Sequence record: ON528734
Length of the DNA stretch: 64,000 nt
Direction: 5' to 3' (one strand)
Source of the DNA: Shigella phage ESh24
This document shows, piece after piece, positions 12,474 through 22,869 of the stretch; position 1 is the first letter of the stretch, and every line of letters begins with the position of its first letter. The notes under the pieces were generated by a model. The model saw nothing but the letters and a program-made list of their open reading frames with translations. It was not told the DNA's origin and did no database searches. The position numbers and the translations under genes are program-made.

Positions 12474-13031
12474 TTATTGCCTCTCATACACGTAGCTTCT
12501 TAATTTATTAGCCCAACGACTCCAATTTCCAACTATAGTTTTTGTGTAATTTTTAACGAGAGTTTTTCTTATTGGAGCAGGAGGATCCGTTGGTTCAGTA
12601 GTATCAGAAGATGACCTAGAATTACTGCCAGAACCTCCAGATTCACTTTGTTCTTGGTAGTCATATATTAATGTTACTTCGTAAGTGAATGTCTTCTGGA
12701 GATTTTGAGGAGCTTTCCATAAATATAACTGAGTATTAGAATCAGTTGGAAGGTCTTCCCATGAAGCAGCAGTTTTAAATTCATCATCTAAACGATATTT
12801 CAATGCGTCATTTCCAAATCCAAATACAGATTCATACGTTCCATATAAACGATTTTCTTCTACTAAAACCCCAGGAGTTTCTTCGTAACTAGTTATATTT
12901 ATAGATACTAACGTTTCACCTGTTTCTAATTGAGCGGTAAAGGTGACGTCGATAGAAGAACCTTCCATGGATTCTCCTAAATCAGCGCTCATTGGAAGTA
13001 TATTAGCCAATGTCAATCCTCGATCCATCAA
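12474..13031 (-). CDS. hypothetical protein between gene 5 and 5.4 (5.1-like position)
   Basis: 185-aa minus ORF; the annotated start overlaps the gene 5 stop by 29 nt, so the true start may be internal (e.g. ATG at 12992). Confidence 0.55.
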   Translation of the reverse strand: MMDRGLTLANILPMSADLGESMEGSSIDVTFTAQLETGETLVSINITSYEETPGVLVEENRLYGTYESVFGFGNDALKYRLDDEFKTAASWEDLPTDSNTQLYLWKAPQNLQKTFTYEVTLIYDYQEQSESGGSGSNSRSSSDTTEPTDPPAPIRKTLVKNYTKTIVGNWSRWANKLRSYVYERQ

Positions 13032-14730
13032 TTGTGTATTGACCAGATGAAATAGAACTCATAGATGCCATTTTTTCTGTCCAATCACCACCAACGTCCC
13101 AATCAACTGTCCCAGCAACTTTCCAAGAAAGATTTCCATTTACTGTATTAGTTTGATTTCCTTCAACTAAAGTAGTAGCATCTCCTTTAACTGTAATGTC
13201 AGCATTACCTTCAACTACAATAGTAACATTACCTTTAACTAGAATAGTTCCATTACCTTCAACCGTCTTAGTTTCATCGCCACGGACAAATATTGTGTTG
13301 CTTCCATCTATTTGGTGAAGACGATTATCCATATTGTAATAAATTTCTGATCCACCGACGTTAGTCTTTTTATCACCGGCTACCAAAAAATTACCATCAG
13401 CGTTGGTTATATCATACAAATTATCAACAGTTTTTCTTGTTCTTCTTCCTGACGGTGATACTTCTTCATAAGTTCCAGTTGGATGAACTAATCTATATCG
13501 TTCTTGCCCAGGGGTATCATCAAATTCCTGAATATGACCGCTTTCAGTTTCCATTGTGTGCACATAAGGATATTCGCCTTTATATGAAGAAACAGGTTCT
13601 TTGAATAAAATTCTCGAATCATTCGGAATAGGAGGATCGGCCGGGTCAGAAGACTTTACTACAGTAGCAGCCATTGCTGACAAAGACCTAGCTGGCGTTT
13701 TAACTTCAATACCGTATGATTCCAAATTCCCTGTAAGAATAATCATGGTAACACGGGATGCACGGCCTTTTGTTTGTTGATACCACAATGAATCACGACC
13801 GGCTTTATATGCTTTTTCCCAATCTCCGGCTAACATAGCAGTTAACATTGTGTTAAATTTAGCTACGCCACCAACGCCCATTTGGAATGCCATATTTTCT
13901 AACGCCATTTGACGAGAACGATTAACTGCTTGCCAAACTGGGCCAACTTTAGAATGTGATTTAATGTCACGTTGCATATCAGCCAAATCGCGTTCAAATA
14001 AAGTTACCGCTTCTTCCATTGTAATAGAACCTGGATTTCCGGTAATTTCACGACCAATTTGTTTTGATAAAACTTTATTAATTTGGGTCATATCACGAAC
14101 TGGCTGCTTCATGATAAGATGACCAATACCAATTGTCGGATATCCTTCGGTATCCCAATAAACTTTTAGTCTTAATCCTTCATCACGGCGAAGCATTTCA
14201 GCCATTGACATATTTGGATTATCATCAGTTGGAATCTCTGATAGCGGTCTATCATCAGGATTTATCGCAGTGTCTAGATTGCTATCTTGGATAATATTAG
14301 AAGACGAATCATATCCTACTTCTCCGCCTTGGTTTAATACGTTAGTATCATTTCCTAGACGTCTAGGATACTGTCCAGTTGGGTCAGAAAATCCTTCAAG
14401 TCTATTAGGTTTTTCGCGAACTATTCCGCCATAAGTGCCAAGGACAATTCCGTTAGTTTTCCATTTGTCTAAAAAATGACCATATACTCTAGTTCCTTCT
14501 ACTGGCCCTGTAACAGAACCTCCAATTCCAGACATTGCTGCAGAAGTTATCGGTTGAATAACTGACATCCATGGCAATTTATCGGTTGGAATACCCATTA
14601 CATCGCCTTGTGCTCTTTGGGGTGGATGCAGACCAACCACACGAACACGAACACGACCTAATTTTAATGGGTCCATTCTATCTTCAACAACACCAACAAA
14701 CCAATTAAGGTTATTACTTATCATTTCCAT
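13003..14730 (-). CDS. 5: baseplate hub / cell-puncturing protein with lysozyme domain
   Basis: 575 aa as T4 gp5; N-terminus MEMISNNLNWFVGVVED; internal lysozyme motif LKVYWDTEGYPTIGIGHL; C-terminal VEGN-type beta-helix repeats. Confidence 0.95.
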   Translation of the reverse strand: MEMISNNLNWFVGVVEDRMDPLKLGRVRVRVVGLHPPQRAQGDVMGIPTDKLPWMSVIQPITSAAMSGIGGSVTGPVEGTRVYGHFLDKWKTNGIVLGTYGGIVREKPNRLEGFSDPTGQYPRRLGNDTNVLNQGGEVGYDSSSNIIQDSNLDTAINPDDRPLSEIPTDDNPNMSMAEMLRRDEGLRLKVYWDTEGYPTIGIGHLIMKQPVRDMTQINKVLSKQIGREITGNPGSITMEEAVTLFERDLADMQRDIKSHSKVGPVWQAVNRSRQMALENMAFQMGVGGVAKFNTMLTAMLAGDWEKAYKAGRDSLWYQQTKGRASRVTMIILTGNLESYGIEVKTPARSLSAMAATVVKSSDPADPPIPNDSRILFKEPVSSYKGEYPYVHTMETESGHIQEFDDTPGQERYRLVHPTGTYEEVSPSGRRTRKTVDNLYDITNADGNFLVAGDKKTNVGGSEIYYNMDNRLHQIDGSNTIFVRGDETKTVEGNGTILVKGNVTIVVEGNADITVKGDATTLVEGNQTNTVNGNLSWKVAGTVDWDVGGDWTEKMASMSSISSGQYTIDGSRIDIG

Positions 14731-15304
14731 AAGATTTCTCCATTATACGTATAAGGTCGTTCATAAATGAATTGATGTCTGATTTTGCTATTATTTTTAT
14801 TTGACGAAGTTTTTCATTTTCAAGAACAGCAGCTTCATACGTATCGACCGCAGCAAGTGCTCCTTCGTATTGAGGATATTTTCTAGCTTTATCGCCTTTA
14901 TCATACCAAACATATGGATTATCATCGTATGATATTAAATTATAAAATTTTTCACCGTTCTCATTCACGTGATATACTATTTGGTCTCCACCTACATTTT
15001 TGTATTTTTGTATAGATGCTTGATAAGCAGCTTCTTGCGAAGTAATCCATCCATAATACGGGTCATAATTATCATTACACATCAATAAAACCCAATACAA
15101 CTGTGGATTTCCATATATAGCATTTGCTAATTCTTCCGGGCGTGGTGAACCTTTAATATAATAAGTACGTAAGCGGTATCCCGCAAGAGCGCGTTTAAAA
15201 TAGTCTTTATAGTTTCTAAAAATATCTGTCATAGGAATAGTCGGCGCGTTTTTATTCACCGTTTTGGCCGCATATTCAATCGGATCAAAAAATGTAAAGA
15301 GCAT
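14714..15304 (-). CDS. 53: baseplate wedge protein
   Basis: 196 aa, same length as T4 gp53; synteny. Confidence 0.85.
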   Translation of the reverse strand: MLFTFFDPIEYAAKTVNKNAPTIPMTDIFRNYKDYFKRALAGYRLRTYYIKGSPRPEELANAIYGNPQLYWVLLMCNDNYDPYYGWITSQEAAYQASIQKYKNVGGDQIVYHVNENGEKFYNLISYDDNPYVWYDKGDKARKYPQYEGALAAVDTYEAAVLENEKLRQIKIIAKSDINSFMNDLIRIMEKSYGNDK

Positions 15305-15317
15305 GGGCCCTCCTGTT

Positions 15318-15325
15318 TATAAATA
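15318..15325 (+). promoter_or_regulatory. late promoter TATAAATA for gene 4
   Basis: Exact TATAAATA 27 nt upstream of gene 4 ATG. Confidence 0.6.
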
Positions 15326-15332
15326 TATTATC

Positions 15333-15340
15333 TATTTATA
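15333..15340 (-). promoter_or_regulatory. late promoter TATAAATA for gene 53 (divergent)
   Basis: tatttata on plus strand is TATAAATA on minus strand, upstream of gene 53 start at 15304. Confidence 0.6.
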
Positions 15341-15351
15341 AGGAGAATCCA

Positions 15352-15804
15352 ATGGCATATTCTGGAAAATGGGTTCCTAAAAATATATCAAAGTATAGAG
15401 GTGACCCTAAAAAAATTACGTATAGATCAAATTGGGAAAAATTCTTTTTTGAATGGTTAGATAAAAATCCAGAAATTATTGCATGGGGTAGTGAAACAGC
15501 AGTAATTCCTTATTTTTGTAATGCAGAAGGGAAAAAACGTAGATACTTCATGGATATTTGGATGAAAGATTCTTCTAGACAAGAATTTTTTATTGAAATA
15601 AAACCTAAAAAAGAAACACAACCGCCAGTTAAACCAGCACATCTAACAACTGCAGCGAAGAAAAGATTTATGAATGAAATTTATACATATTCCGTTAATA
15701 CCGACAAATGGAAAGCAGCGCAAGCTTTAGCTGAAAAGCGTGGAATAAAATTTAGAATTCTAACAGAAGATGGATTACGAGCTCTTGGCTTTAAGGGGGC
15801 ATAA
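15352..15804 (+). CDS. 4: head completion protein
   Basis: 150 aa, [19 protein letters not shown]…; size and synteny match T4 gp4. Confidence 0.9.
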   Translation: MAYSGKWVPKNISKYRGDPKKITYRSNWEKFFFEWLDKNPEIIAWGSETAVIPYFCNAEGKKRRYFMDIWMKDSSRQEFFIEIKPKKETQPPVKPAHLTTAAKKRFMNEIYTYSVNTDKWKAAQALAEKRGIKFRILTEDGLRALGFKGA

Positions 15805-16628
15805 TGGCTATTTTTCAAATAATTAATGAAAGCACTCCCCAAGTTCCAAAGGTTAAGCAATCATTAAACGAAAAGAAATGGATTCAGATAGGTCTTGAAT
15901 ATAAAAAGGCCAAAGCAAAAGGAATGACAGGAAAGCAATTTGCTGAAGAAAGAGGAATCAAATACTCTACGTTTACTTCGGCAATGTCAAAATATGCTTC
16001 GGGAATTAAAACGGCTGAAAAGATTCAAAAGCTTGAATCAAAACCAATGAATAAGCTCAATAAGCAAGAAAGACAACTGCTTATGATAAATTCATTCAGG
16101 CAAACATTGCGTGATAAAATTCGTAATGAAGGTGCAGCAATTAATAATAAAACCAGAAAGTGGTTTGCTGAAACTATTAAGCAAGTAAAAGGACATAAAG
16201 TTGTTCGCCCGCAGCCGGGACGAATATATGCTTTTGCTTATGATGCTAAACACAAGGAAACTCTTCCTTACTGGGATAAATTTCCTTTGATAATTTACCT
16301 TGGTTTAGGTAAGCATAACTTAATGTACGGATTGAACTTGCACTATATTCCACCTAAAGCTCGTCAGCAATTTCTAGAAGAGCTTTTAAAGCAATATTCA
16401 AATACACCTACTATTACTAATAAAACGAAATTAAAAATTGATTGGAGTCAAGTGAAAGGATTTAGGGGTGCAGATCAAATGATTAAGGCATATATACCCG
16501 GTAATATTATGGGTAGCCTTGTTGAAATCGCCCCGAAAGACTGGGCGAACGTTGTGTTGATGCCACTTCAGCAGTTCGTTTCAAAAGGAAAACGTTTCTC
16601 TGCAAACAAAGTCTGGTCAAATATCTAA
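15804..16628 (+). CDS. 2: DNA end protector protein
   Basis: 274 aa, same length as T4 gp2; synteny. Confidence 0.9.
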   Translation: MAIFQIINESTPQVPKVKQSLNEKKWIQIGLEYKKAKAKGMTGKQFAEERGIKYSTFTSAMSKYASGIKTAEKIQKLESKPMNKLNKQERQLLMINSFRQTLRDKIRNEGAAINNKTRKWFAETIKQVKGHKVVRPQPGRIYAFAYDAKHKETLPYWDKFPLIIYLGLGKHNLMYGLNLHYIPPKARQQFLEELLKQYSNTPTITNKTKLKIDWSQVKGFRGADQMIKAYIPGNIMGSLVEIAPKDWANVVLMPLQQFVSKGKRFSANKVWSNI

Positions 16629-16734
16629 TTCTATTATCTTCCATTCTTTTCTATTGTTTGTTCTAATTGGAATTGAATGGAAGGGACTTAGACCCATTAT
16701 ACCACTAACAGTTATAAAGCATTATGAGGAATAT

Positions 16735-17265
16735 ATGTCGCAAGCTCTGCAACAAATTTTTAACCAAGCAAATACAACTAACTTTGTAGTATCAATACCA
16801 CATAGTAATACTACATCTGCTTTTACTTTAAATGCTCAGTCAGTTCCTATTCCAGGAATTAGAATACCTGTTACTGATACCGTGACTGGGCCGTTTGGAC
16901 TAGGTCGAGCACAACGACCGGGTGCTACATTTGAGTATGATCCACTCATCGTGAGATTTATAGTTGATGAAGAACTTAAGTCATGGATAGGAATGTATGA
17001 ATGGATGCTAGGAACTAGCAACTATCTTACAGGTGAAAATACTGCCCAAAAAACAGGTCCTGAGTACATTACGCTTTACATCTTAGATAATAGCAAAACT
17101 GAAATCGTGATGTCAATAAATTTTTATAAGCCTTGGGTTTCTGACCTATCTGAAGTAGAATTTAGCTATACGGAAGATTCAGACCCGGCTTTAGTATGTA
17201 CTGCAACGATTCCTTACACCTATTTTCAAGTAGAAAAAGATGGAAAAATTATAGCAGAAGTTTAA
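16735..17265 (+). CDS. 3: tail completion / sheath stabiliser protein
   Basis: Start set at ATG 16735 (MSQALQQIF…, RBS tgagga) giving 176 aa as T4 gp3; the six-frame ORF extends upstream. Confidence 0.85.
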   Translation: MSQALQQIFNQANTTNFVVSIPHSNTTSAFTLNAQSVPIPGIRIPVTDTVTGPFGLGRAQRPGATFEYDPLIVRFIVDEELKSWIGMYEWMLGTSNYLTGENTAQKTGPEYITLYILDNSKTEIVMSINFYKPWVSDLSEVEFSYTEDSDPALVCTATIPYTYFQVEKDGKIIAEV

Positions 17266-17314
17266 TGCTTCAGTTTTGTGTGTTATAATCTTAATTAAAT
17301 TTGAGGAGAAACAC

Positions 17315-18039
17315 ATGAAACTAATCTTTTTAAGCGGTGTAAAGCGTAGTGGAAAAGATACTACTGCTGATTTTATCATGAGCAATTATTCTGCAGTTAA
17401 ATACCAACTTGCTGGTCCTATTAAGGATGCATTGGCTTATGCATGGGGAGTATTTGCAGCAAACACTGACTATCCTTGCTTAACTCGTAAAGAGTTTGAA
17501 GGAATTGACTATGATCGTGAGACTAATTTAAATCTGACTAAATTAGAAGTAATCACGATTATGGAACAAGCATTTTGCTATCTTAATGGTAAAAGTCCGA
17601 TTAAAGGCGTGTTTGTTTTTGATGACGAAGGACAAGAATCAGTTAATTCCGTAGCATTTAACAAAATTATTGACGTTATAAATAATATTGAAGATCAATG
17701 GTCAGTCCGTCGTCTGATGCAAGCCCTAGGTACGGATTTGATTGTTAATAACTTCGACCGCATGTACTGGGTAAAATTATTTGCTTTAGATTATCTTGAT
17801 AAATTTAACTCAGGTTATGATTATTATATCGTTCCTGATACTCGTCAAGATCATGAAATGGATGCGGCTAGGGCGATGGGTGCTACAGTAATTCATGTAG
17901 TTCGTCCTGGTCAAAAATCCAATGATACACATATTACAGAAGCTGGATTGCCAATTCGTGATGGCGATTTAGTAATTACAAACGATGGTTCTCTTGAAGA
18001 ACTTTTTTCTAAAATTAAAAATACACTAAAGGTACTATA

Positions 18040-18040
<1 letters not shown>
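17315..18040 (+). CDS. 1: deoxynucleoside monophosphate kinase
   Basis: 241 aa from ATG 17315 (RBS gaggaga); P-loop-like MKLIFLSGVKRSGKDT; same length as T4 gp1. Confidence 0.9.
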
Positions 18041-18737
<697 letters not shown>

Positions 18738-18749
18738 TTTCACAAAGTT

Positions 18750-18779
18750 GTTTACATACTGATGAGGTAGTGATACTAT
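18750..18779 (+). promoter_or_regulatory. early-type promoter (GTTTACA -35, TGATACTAT -10) inside a 10-bp inverted repeat
   Basis: gtttaca at 18750-18756; -10-like element in the loop of hairpin 18760-18789. Confidence 0.5.
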
Positions 18780-18809
18780 TACCTCATCAAAATTAATTAG
18801 GAAAATAAA

Positions 18810-19067
18810 ATGAAAACTTTCAAAGAGTTTGCTATAAAAACTACTATTACTGAATCTTCCCACGGTATGGAAGTAAAACTTGGAATGGCTTTAGCTGAAG
18901 CTGAGCGTCTTTTCTCTCGTATTAAAGAACTTGCTGCTGCAGTCGATCCTTCGTCTTTTAAAGGAGACCAAACGAAAGTTAAAGCACTTTTAGCATTATG
19001 CTCCGATGCGGGAGAAATCGCTAAAAATGGTTCTAAGATGAAGAAACGATTAGAAGATTTAAAATAA
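18810..19067 (+). CDS. internal-protein-like small protein at the ipI locus (capsid-targeting-like N-terminus)
   Basis: 85 aa, MKTFKEFAIK… resembles the MKTYQEFIAE capsid-targeting sequence; LAE cleavage-like motif; sits where T4 has ipI. Confidence 0.6.
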   Translation: MKTFKEFAIKTTITESSHGMEVKLGMALAEAERLFSRIKELAAAVDPSSFKGDQTKVKALLALCSDAGEIAKNGSKMKKRLEDLK

Positions 19068-19079
19068 TTTCACAAAGTT

Positions 19080-19110
19080 ATTTACATAGGGTTTTAGTTG
19101 TGATACTATT
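19080..19110 (+). promoter_or_regulatory. early-type promoter inside a 7-bp inverted repeat
   Basis: tttaca…tgtgatactatt flanked by atagggt/accctat (19086-19117); near-identical to the 18750 promoter. Confidence 0.45.
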
Positions 19111-19138
19111 ACCCTATCAACTACTGAGGAGAATAAAA

Positions 19139-19324
19139 ATGAAACGTTGTGAATTAATTCGAAATGTTGCTATTGCAATTTCTGCTTCCGCTTTTAGTTT
19201 TTCAATGTTTGTTGGATTTATATGCGGATTATTGACTACAGCAGAAAATGTTTTTTCACTTGTAGTAGCATTTTTAATTGGTTTAATCGCTATTGTTATG
19301 GATAAAATTTCTAAAGGTGAATAA
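19139..19324 (+). CDS. small membrane protein (2 predicted TM helices)
   Basis: ATG 19139 with RBS gaggagaataaaa; 61 aa, hydrophobic AIAISASAFSFSMFVGFICGLL…. Confidence 0.5.
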   Translation: MKRCELIRNVAIAISASAFSFSMFVGFICGLLTTAENVFSLVVAFLIGLIAIVMDKISKGE

Positions 19325-19729
19325 ATGAATATTAACGAATATTATGTTTATGCTGGAGATTATGCAAATCCTTCTCATTTTGAAGGTAATTTAATACCTG
19401 ATAGAGTTTTTAATACTCCTTTTGAAGCGTGGAGTTGGGTTGAAAGTAAAAATGGATTTTCTTATCGTTATGTTGAAGTAACTGATTGGAAAGGAACTAA
19501 ATATCCTAAAGAGCATTATTATGTAGACCCATCTAAAGTAAATTTTCTTTTGTTCGCAGGCGATAATTACTATCCTTGCGGTGGATATGATGATTTGATT
19601 GCGTATGCTGAAACAGAAGATGAATTACGCCAAATTATTGAAGACAATAAATCAAAACGATTTGGCGATAGTTTTGACTGGTGGCAAATCGTAAATGCCC
19701 ATACACATACTATTGTTGATAAAGGTTAA
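19325..19729 (+). CDS. hypothetical protein
   Basis: 134-aa ORF, start overlaps upstream stop; aromatic-rich. Confidence 0.6.
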   Translation: MNINEYYVYAGDYANPSHFEGNLIPDRVFNTPFEAWSWVESKNGFSYRYVEVTDWKGTKYPKEHYYVDPSKVNFLLFAGDNYYPCGGYDDLIAYAETEDELRQIIEDNKSKRFGDSFDWWQIVNAHTHTIVDKG

Positions 19730-19731
19730 TA

Positions 19732-20019
19732 ATGATTCTTTATGCGAAAGTATCATCCATTGAAAATGGATATAAATATGATCAAGAAGCAGCTAAAGCC
19801 TTGATTGATGATTATGGCATTTTAACATGTTTTGAAGTTGAAAAGGTTTACATTGATCGTTCATCTTCGCAAGTTAAATTAGTAAATGAAGACCGTAAAT
19901 TTAATACAGTAAATTTTGATTTCTTTATTGAAACAGAAAAAGGTCCTCTTGAATATGATATTTTCAAGAATCCTTTGGGTCTTGAATGCATCGTAAGTAT
20001 GTATCATCATAAATGGTAA
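19732..20019 (+). CDS. hypothetical protein
   Basis: 95-aa ORF immediately following the previous gene. Confidence 0.55.
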   Translation: MILYAKVSSIENGYKYDQEAAKALIDDYGILTCFEVEKVYIDRSSSQVKLVNEDRKFNTVNFDFFIETEKGPLEYDIFKNPLGLECIVSMYHHKW

Positions 20020-20116
20020 ATATGCTTTAAGAATTATTTGTTATTATTAACTCATACCGCACTGATTAATACCCTCTATCATCAAGGGTTCTTGTTTGAG
20101 AGCCTTTGTTAATAAT

Positions 20117-20189
20117 TGGGAATTAGCCAAGTTGGTAAGGCATAGCACTTTGACTGCTAGATGCAAAGGTTCGAGTCCTTTATTCCCAG
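20117..20189 (+). tRNA. tRNA-Gln (anticodon TTG)
   Basis: Cloverleaf: acceptor tgggaat/attccca, anticodon loop ctTTGac, T-arm ggttcgagtcc; no encoded CCA. Confidence 0.85.
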
Positions 20190-20190
20190 C

Positions 20191-20277
20191 GCGAGAATGG
20201 TCAAATTGGTAAAGGCACAGCACTTAAAATGCTGCGGAATGATTTCCTTGTGGGTTCGAGTCCCACTTCTCGCACCA
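20191..20277 (+). tRNA. tRNA-Leu (anticodon TAA), type II
   Basis: Acceptor gcgagaa/ttctcgc, anticodon loop ctTAAaa, long variable arm, 3' CCA encoded. Confidence 0.85.
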
Positions 20278-20282
20278 AATTT

Positions 20283-20356
<74 letters not shown>

Positions 20357-20402
20357 ATTTATGACTCGTCGTGAGACGCTCAGTTCTTTATTAGGGACTG
20401 AT

Positions 20403-21011
20403 ATGCATTTTTATCTTTATAAAATAACAAATAAAATTAATAATAAAATTTATATTGGTGTGCATTCTACCGAAAATTTAGATGATGGATATATGGGTTC
20501 TGGTAAATTATTAAAAAGAGCCCAAGATAAATATGGTATAGAAAATTTTTCTAAAGAAATATTAGAGTATTTTGACGATAAAGAATCTATGCTTGAAGCC
20601 GAGAAAAATATTGTCACAGAAGAGTTTTTAAATAGACCAGATGTGTATAATTTAAAACTTGGAGGTGAAGGTGGATGGGATCATATAAATAATTATCCTA
20701 TGACAGATCAGCAACGCGAATTAATTTCATTGGGTGTTAAAAAGGCACATTCTAATGGAAAATTAAAAGGATGGTCTTCAAATGGATTAATGAAGAATGG
20801 CTTTGCTGGTAAAACTCATTCTCAAGAAGCTAAACGTAAAATAGCAAAAGCAAACGAAGCAAAAGTTTCTGTGGATGAAAGAAAAAGAAGAATAGAAATT
20901 TCTAAATTATATGATTTTTCTAAACGTGGCGAATTGTCTAAATATGCTAAGCATATTGGCGTAAGTCATACTCAAGCAAAAAGAATTCTAAATCAAATTA
21001 ACAATATATAA
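20403..21011 (+). CDS. segB: GIY-YIG homing endonuclease in the tRNA cluster
   Basis: GIY-YIG motif FYLYKITNKINNKIYIGVHSTENLDDGYMGSGKLLKRA; start ATG 20403 (RBS aggga), alternative ATG 20361. Confidence 0.8.
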   Translation: MHFYLYKITNKINNKIYIGVHSTENLDDGYMGSGKLLKRAQDKYGIENFSKEILEYFDDKESMLEAEKNIVTEEFLNRPDVYNLKLGGEGGWDHINNYPMTDQQRELISLGVKKAHSNGKLKGWSSNGLMKNGFAGKTHSQEAKRKIAKANEAKVSVDERKRRIEISKLYDFSKRGELSKYAKHIGVSHTQAKRILNQINNI

Positions 21012-21017
21012 ATATTT

Positions 21018-21107
21018 GGAGGCGTGGCAGAGTGGTTTAATGCACCGGTCTTGAAAATCGGCAGTCGCTCCGGCGACTCATAGGTTCAAATCCTATCGCC
21101 TCCGCCA
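21018..21107 (+). tRNA. tRNA-Ser (anticodon TGA), type II
   Basis: Acceptor ggaggcg/cgcctcc, anticodon loop cTTGAaa, long variable arm, CCA encoded. Confidence 0.85.
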
Positions 21108-21112
21108 GTTTT

Positions 21113-21188
21113 GCTGATTTAGCTTAGTAGGTAGAGCAACTCACTTGTAATGAGAAGGTCGGCGGTTCGATTCCGTCAATCAGCACCA
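21113..21188 (+). tRNA. tRNA-Thr (anticodon TGT)
   Basis: Acceptor gctgatt/aatcagc, anticodon loop cTTGTaa, T-arm ggttcgattcc, CCA encoded. Confidence 0.85.
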
Positions 21189-21189
21189 A

Positions 21190-21264
21190 GGCCCTGTAGC
21201 TGGAAGGTTCAAGCAAGCGACTCATAATCGCCAGATGGTGGTTCAATTCCACCCAGGGCCACCA
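21190..21264 (+). tRNA. tRNA with anticodon CAT (Ile2 or Met; Ile by position in T4)
   Basis: Acceptor ggccctg/cagggcc, anticodon loop ctCATaa, T-arm ggttcaattcc, CCA encoded. Confidence 0.8.
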
Positions 21265-21276
21265 AATTATGAATTA

Positions 21277-21363
21277 GGGGAGTTATCCCGTAGAGGTAGC
21301 GGTGTGGACTGTAAATCCATTGTCATTGCGACTCGGGTGGTTCGACTCCATCACTCCCCACCA
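21277..21363 (+). tRNA. tRNA-Tyr (anticodon GTA), type II
   Basis: Acceptor ggggagt/actcccc, anticodon stem-loop gtgga-ctGTAaa-tccat, long variable arm, T-arm ggtgg-ttcgact-ccatc, CCA encoded. Confidence 0.75.
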
Positions 21364-21367
21364 ATTT

Positions 21368-21442
21368 GGATGTGTAGCTCAATGGCAGAGCGATCGCCTG
21401 TTAAGCGATTGGTTATAGGTTCGAATCCTATCACGTCCGCCA
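21368..21442 (+). tRNA. tRNA-Asn (anticodon GTT)
   Basis: Acceptor ggatgtg/cacgtcc, anticodon stem-loop atcgc-ctGTTaa-gcgat, T-arm ggttcgaatcc, CCA encoded. Confidence 0.8.
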
Positions 21443-21446
21443 AATA

Positions 21447-21522
21447 CGAGGCATAGCTCAGAAGGAAGAGCAAGGACCTTCTAAGTCCTAGGTCGTAGGT
21501 TCGATCCCTACTGCCTCGACCA
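21447..21522 (+). tRNA. tRNA-Arg (anticodon TCT)
   Basis: Acceptor cgaggca/tgcctcg, anticodon stem-loop aggac-cTTCTaa-gtcct, T-arm ggttcgatccc, CCA encoded. Confidence 0.85.
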
Positions 21523-21538
21523 ATTAAGTGAGGAAAAT

Positions 21539-21889
21539 ATGAAAGGTAATGTTTATTTAGTAGTTCACGATTTAACATTTTATTTTAATCACAATGACAC
21601 TGTTATTTCTGAACGTGTAATTAATTTGCTTTATCAACACGCGGATTATGTTTATGTCGAAAACGAATATGGTCATTGGCAATTTCTCAAAAATCGTTCA
21701 TTTGGCTTAGATGGTTACGAATACTTTGAACGTAAAGACCTTTTAGATAAAATTCCGTTATCTACGCAATATCAAAATCACGAGTCTTTATATAAATGCC
21801 GTCCAATTCGAAATGCTGAATCTGCGTATGAAGCAATTGATTTATGGCGTAAACGTCGTGAACAGATTGATGCTTTAAAAGAATATTAA
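21539..21889 (+). CDS. hypothetical protein
   Basis: 116-aa ORF with strong RBS (gtgaggaaaat ATG) immediately after tRNA-Arg. Confidence 0.65.
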   Translation: MKGNVYLVVHDLTFYFNHNDTVISERVINLLYQHADYVYVENEYGHWQFLKNRSFGLDGYEYFERKDLLDKIPLSTQYQNHESLYKCRPIRNAESAYEAIDLWRKRREQIDALKEY

Positions 21890-21894
21890 GAAAC

Positions 21895-22230
21895 CGGGTC
21901 GCTACCGGTAAGTCGTCGGACTGATGTTCCCTGGGTAAGGAATCGTGTTAATAAATCTTTATGATTTGTTGATGCCCTCTTACATCACAGCAGAAACGGC
22001 GCACCGAATTATCGATTCGAGGAAATATCTTTGCCGTAAGCCGAGTAGCGTTTTTGACGGAACGTTCGGATATGGTCGAGATATGGCCTTTTAAAAAAAT
22101 ATTGAGTAGCGTCAACTGCTTAATAACCGGGTTCGAATCCCGGCGTTTCGTACAAACACTTGCCTTAGCAGGTGGAACCCCGACAAGGTTGCCGCAAGGC
22201 TTAGCCCCGACCGAAAGGTTGGGGCTTTTT
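21895..22230 (+). ncRNA. candidate stable structured RNA(s), possibly the counterpart of T4 species 1/2 (rnaC/rnaD) RNAs
   Basis: Visibly more GC-rich than flanks; tRNA-like T-arm aaccgggttcgaatcccgg; ends in terminator gccccgacc-gaaa-ggttggggc + TTTTT (22204-22230); no convincing ORF. Confidence 0.4.
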
Positions 22231-22305
22231 AGTTTGAATCACTCAGAGAATGCTGTTACGGATAATAAATAATTAATAACCAATAAATTATTTCAAGGAT
22301 TTTAA

Positions 22306-22869
22306 ATGAAAACCTATGCCGAATTTTTAACCGAAGCAGCAAAATTACCATCTGAAGCAGATCTTACTAAAGTATTCTTCCACTTGGACCCAAAAGACCG
22401 GGGCGATTTTCTTAAGTGGAAAGCTAAAGCTATTGAAATGTATAACATCGATAATAGTTCTTTTACGATGAGTCAAGAAAATAAATTCAATAAAGCATTT
22501 TTCAAAATTTCTAAGAAACTTGCATCAGGCGCTCAGGTTCCTAAATCTGCCTTAGCTACTCCTGAACGTGCGCCTGTTAAAATTTCTAAGAATATGTTCG
22601 ATACTAAAAAATACGTTAATGCTTTGAATAAAGCTCTTGATGCATTGGATGATGCAAAGAAGGCAGCACACGATCTTCAAGACGTATACACCGATTTTGA
22701 TCGTAAAACTAAAGGTTCTATTTCAAATAGCGAACGCAATAGTGTAAGTGTTTATTCTGATAGCCTTGATGTTCTTGGCGATGCGTATACTGAAATTAAA
22801 AATCGTATTAACACCGCATCTAAGCTAAAAGCTGCCGCAGAAGCTATAATAACTAAACTAAGCAAATAA
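22306..22869 (+). CDS. internal-protein-like protein with capsid-targeting sequence (MKTYAEFLTE-A)
   Basis: 187 aa; first 10 residues match the CTS pattern shared with the 27137 and 27827 products; RBS aagga. Confidence 0.7.
   Translation: MKTYAEFLTEAAKLPSEADLTKVFFHLDPKDRGDFLKWKAKAIEMYNIDNSSFTMSQENKFNKAFFKISKKLASGAQVPKSALATPERAPVKISKNMFDTKKYVNALNKALDALDDAKKAAHDLQDVYTDFDRKTKGSISNSERNSVSVYSDSLDVLGDAYTEIKNRINTASKLKAAAEAIITKLSK

Noticed and set aside
22054-22272. 72-aa plus-strand ORF inside the GC-rich structured region
   Set aside because: It lies within a region with tRNA-like structure and a terminator, has no RBS and has an atypical composition; more likely part of a stable RNA than a protein.
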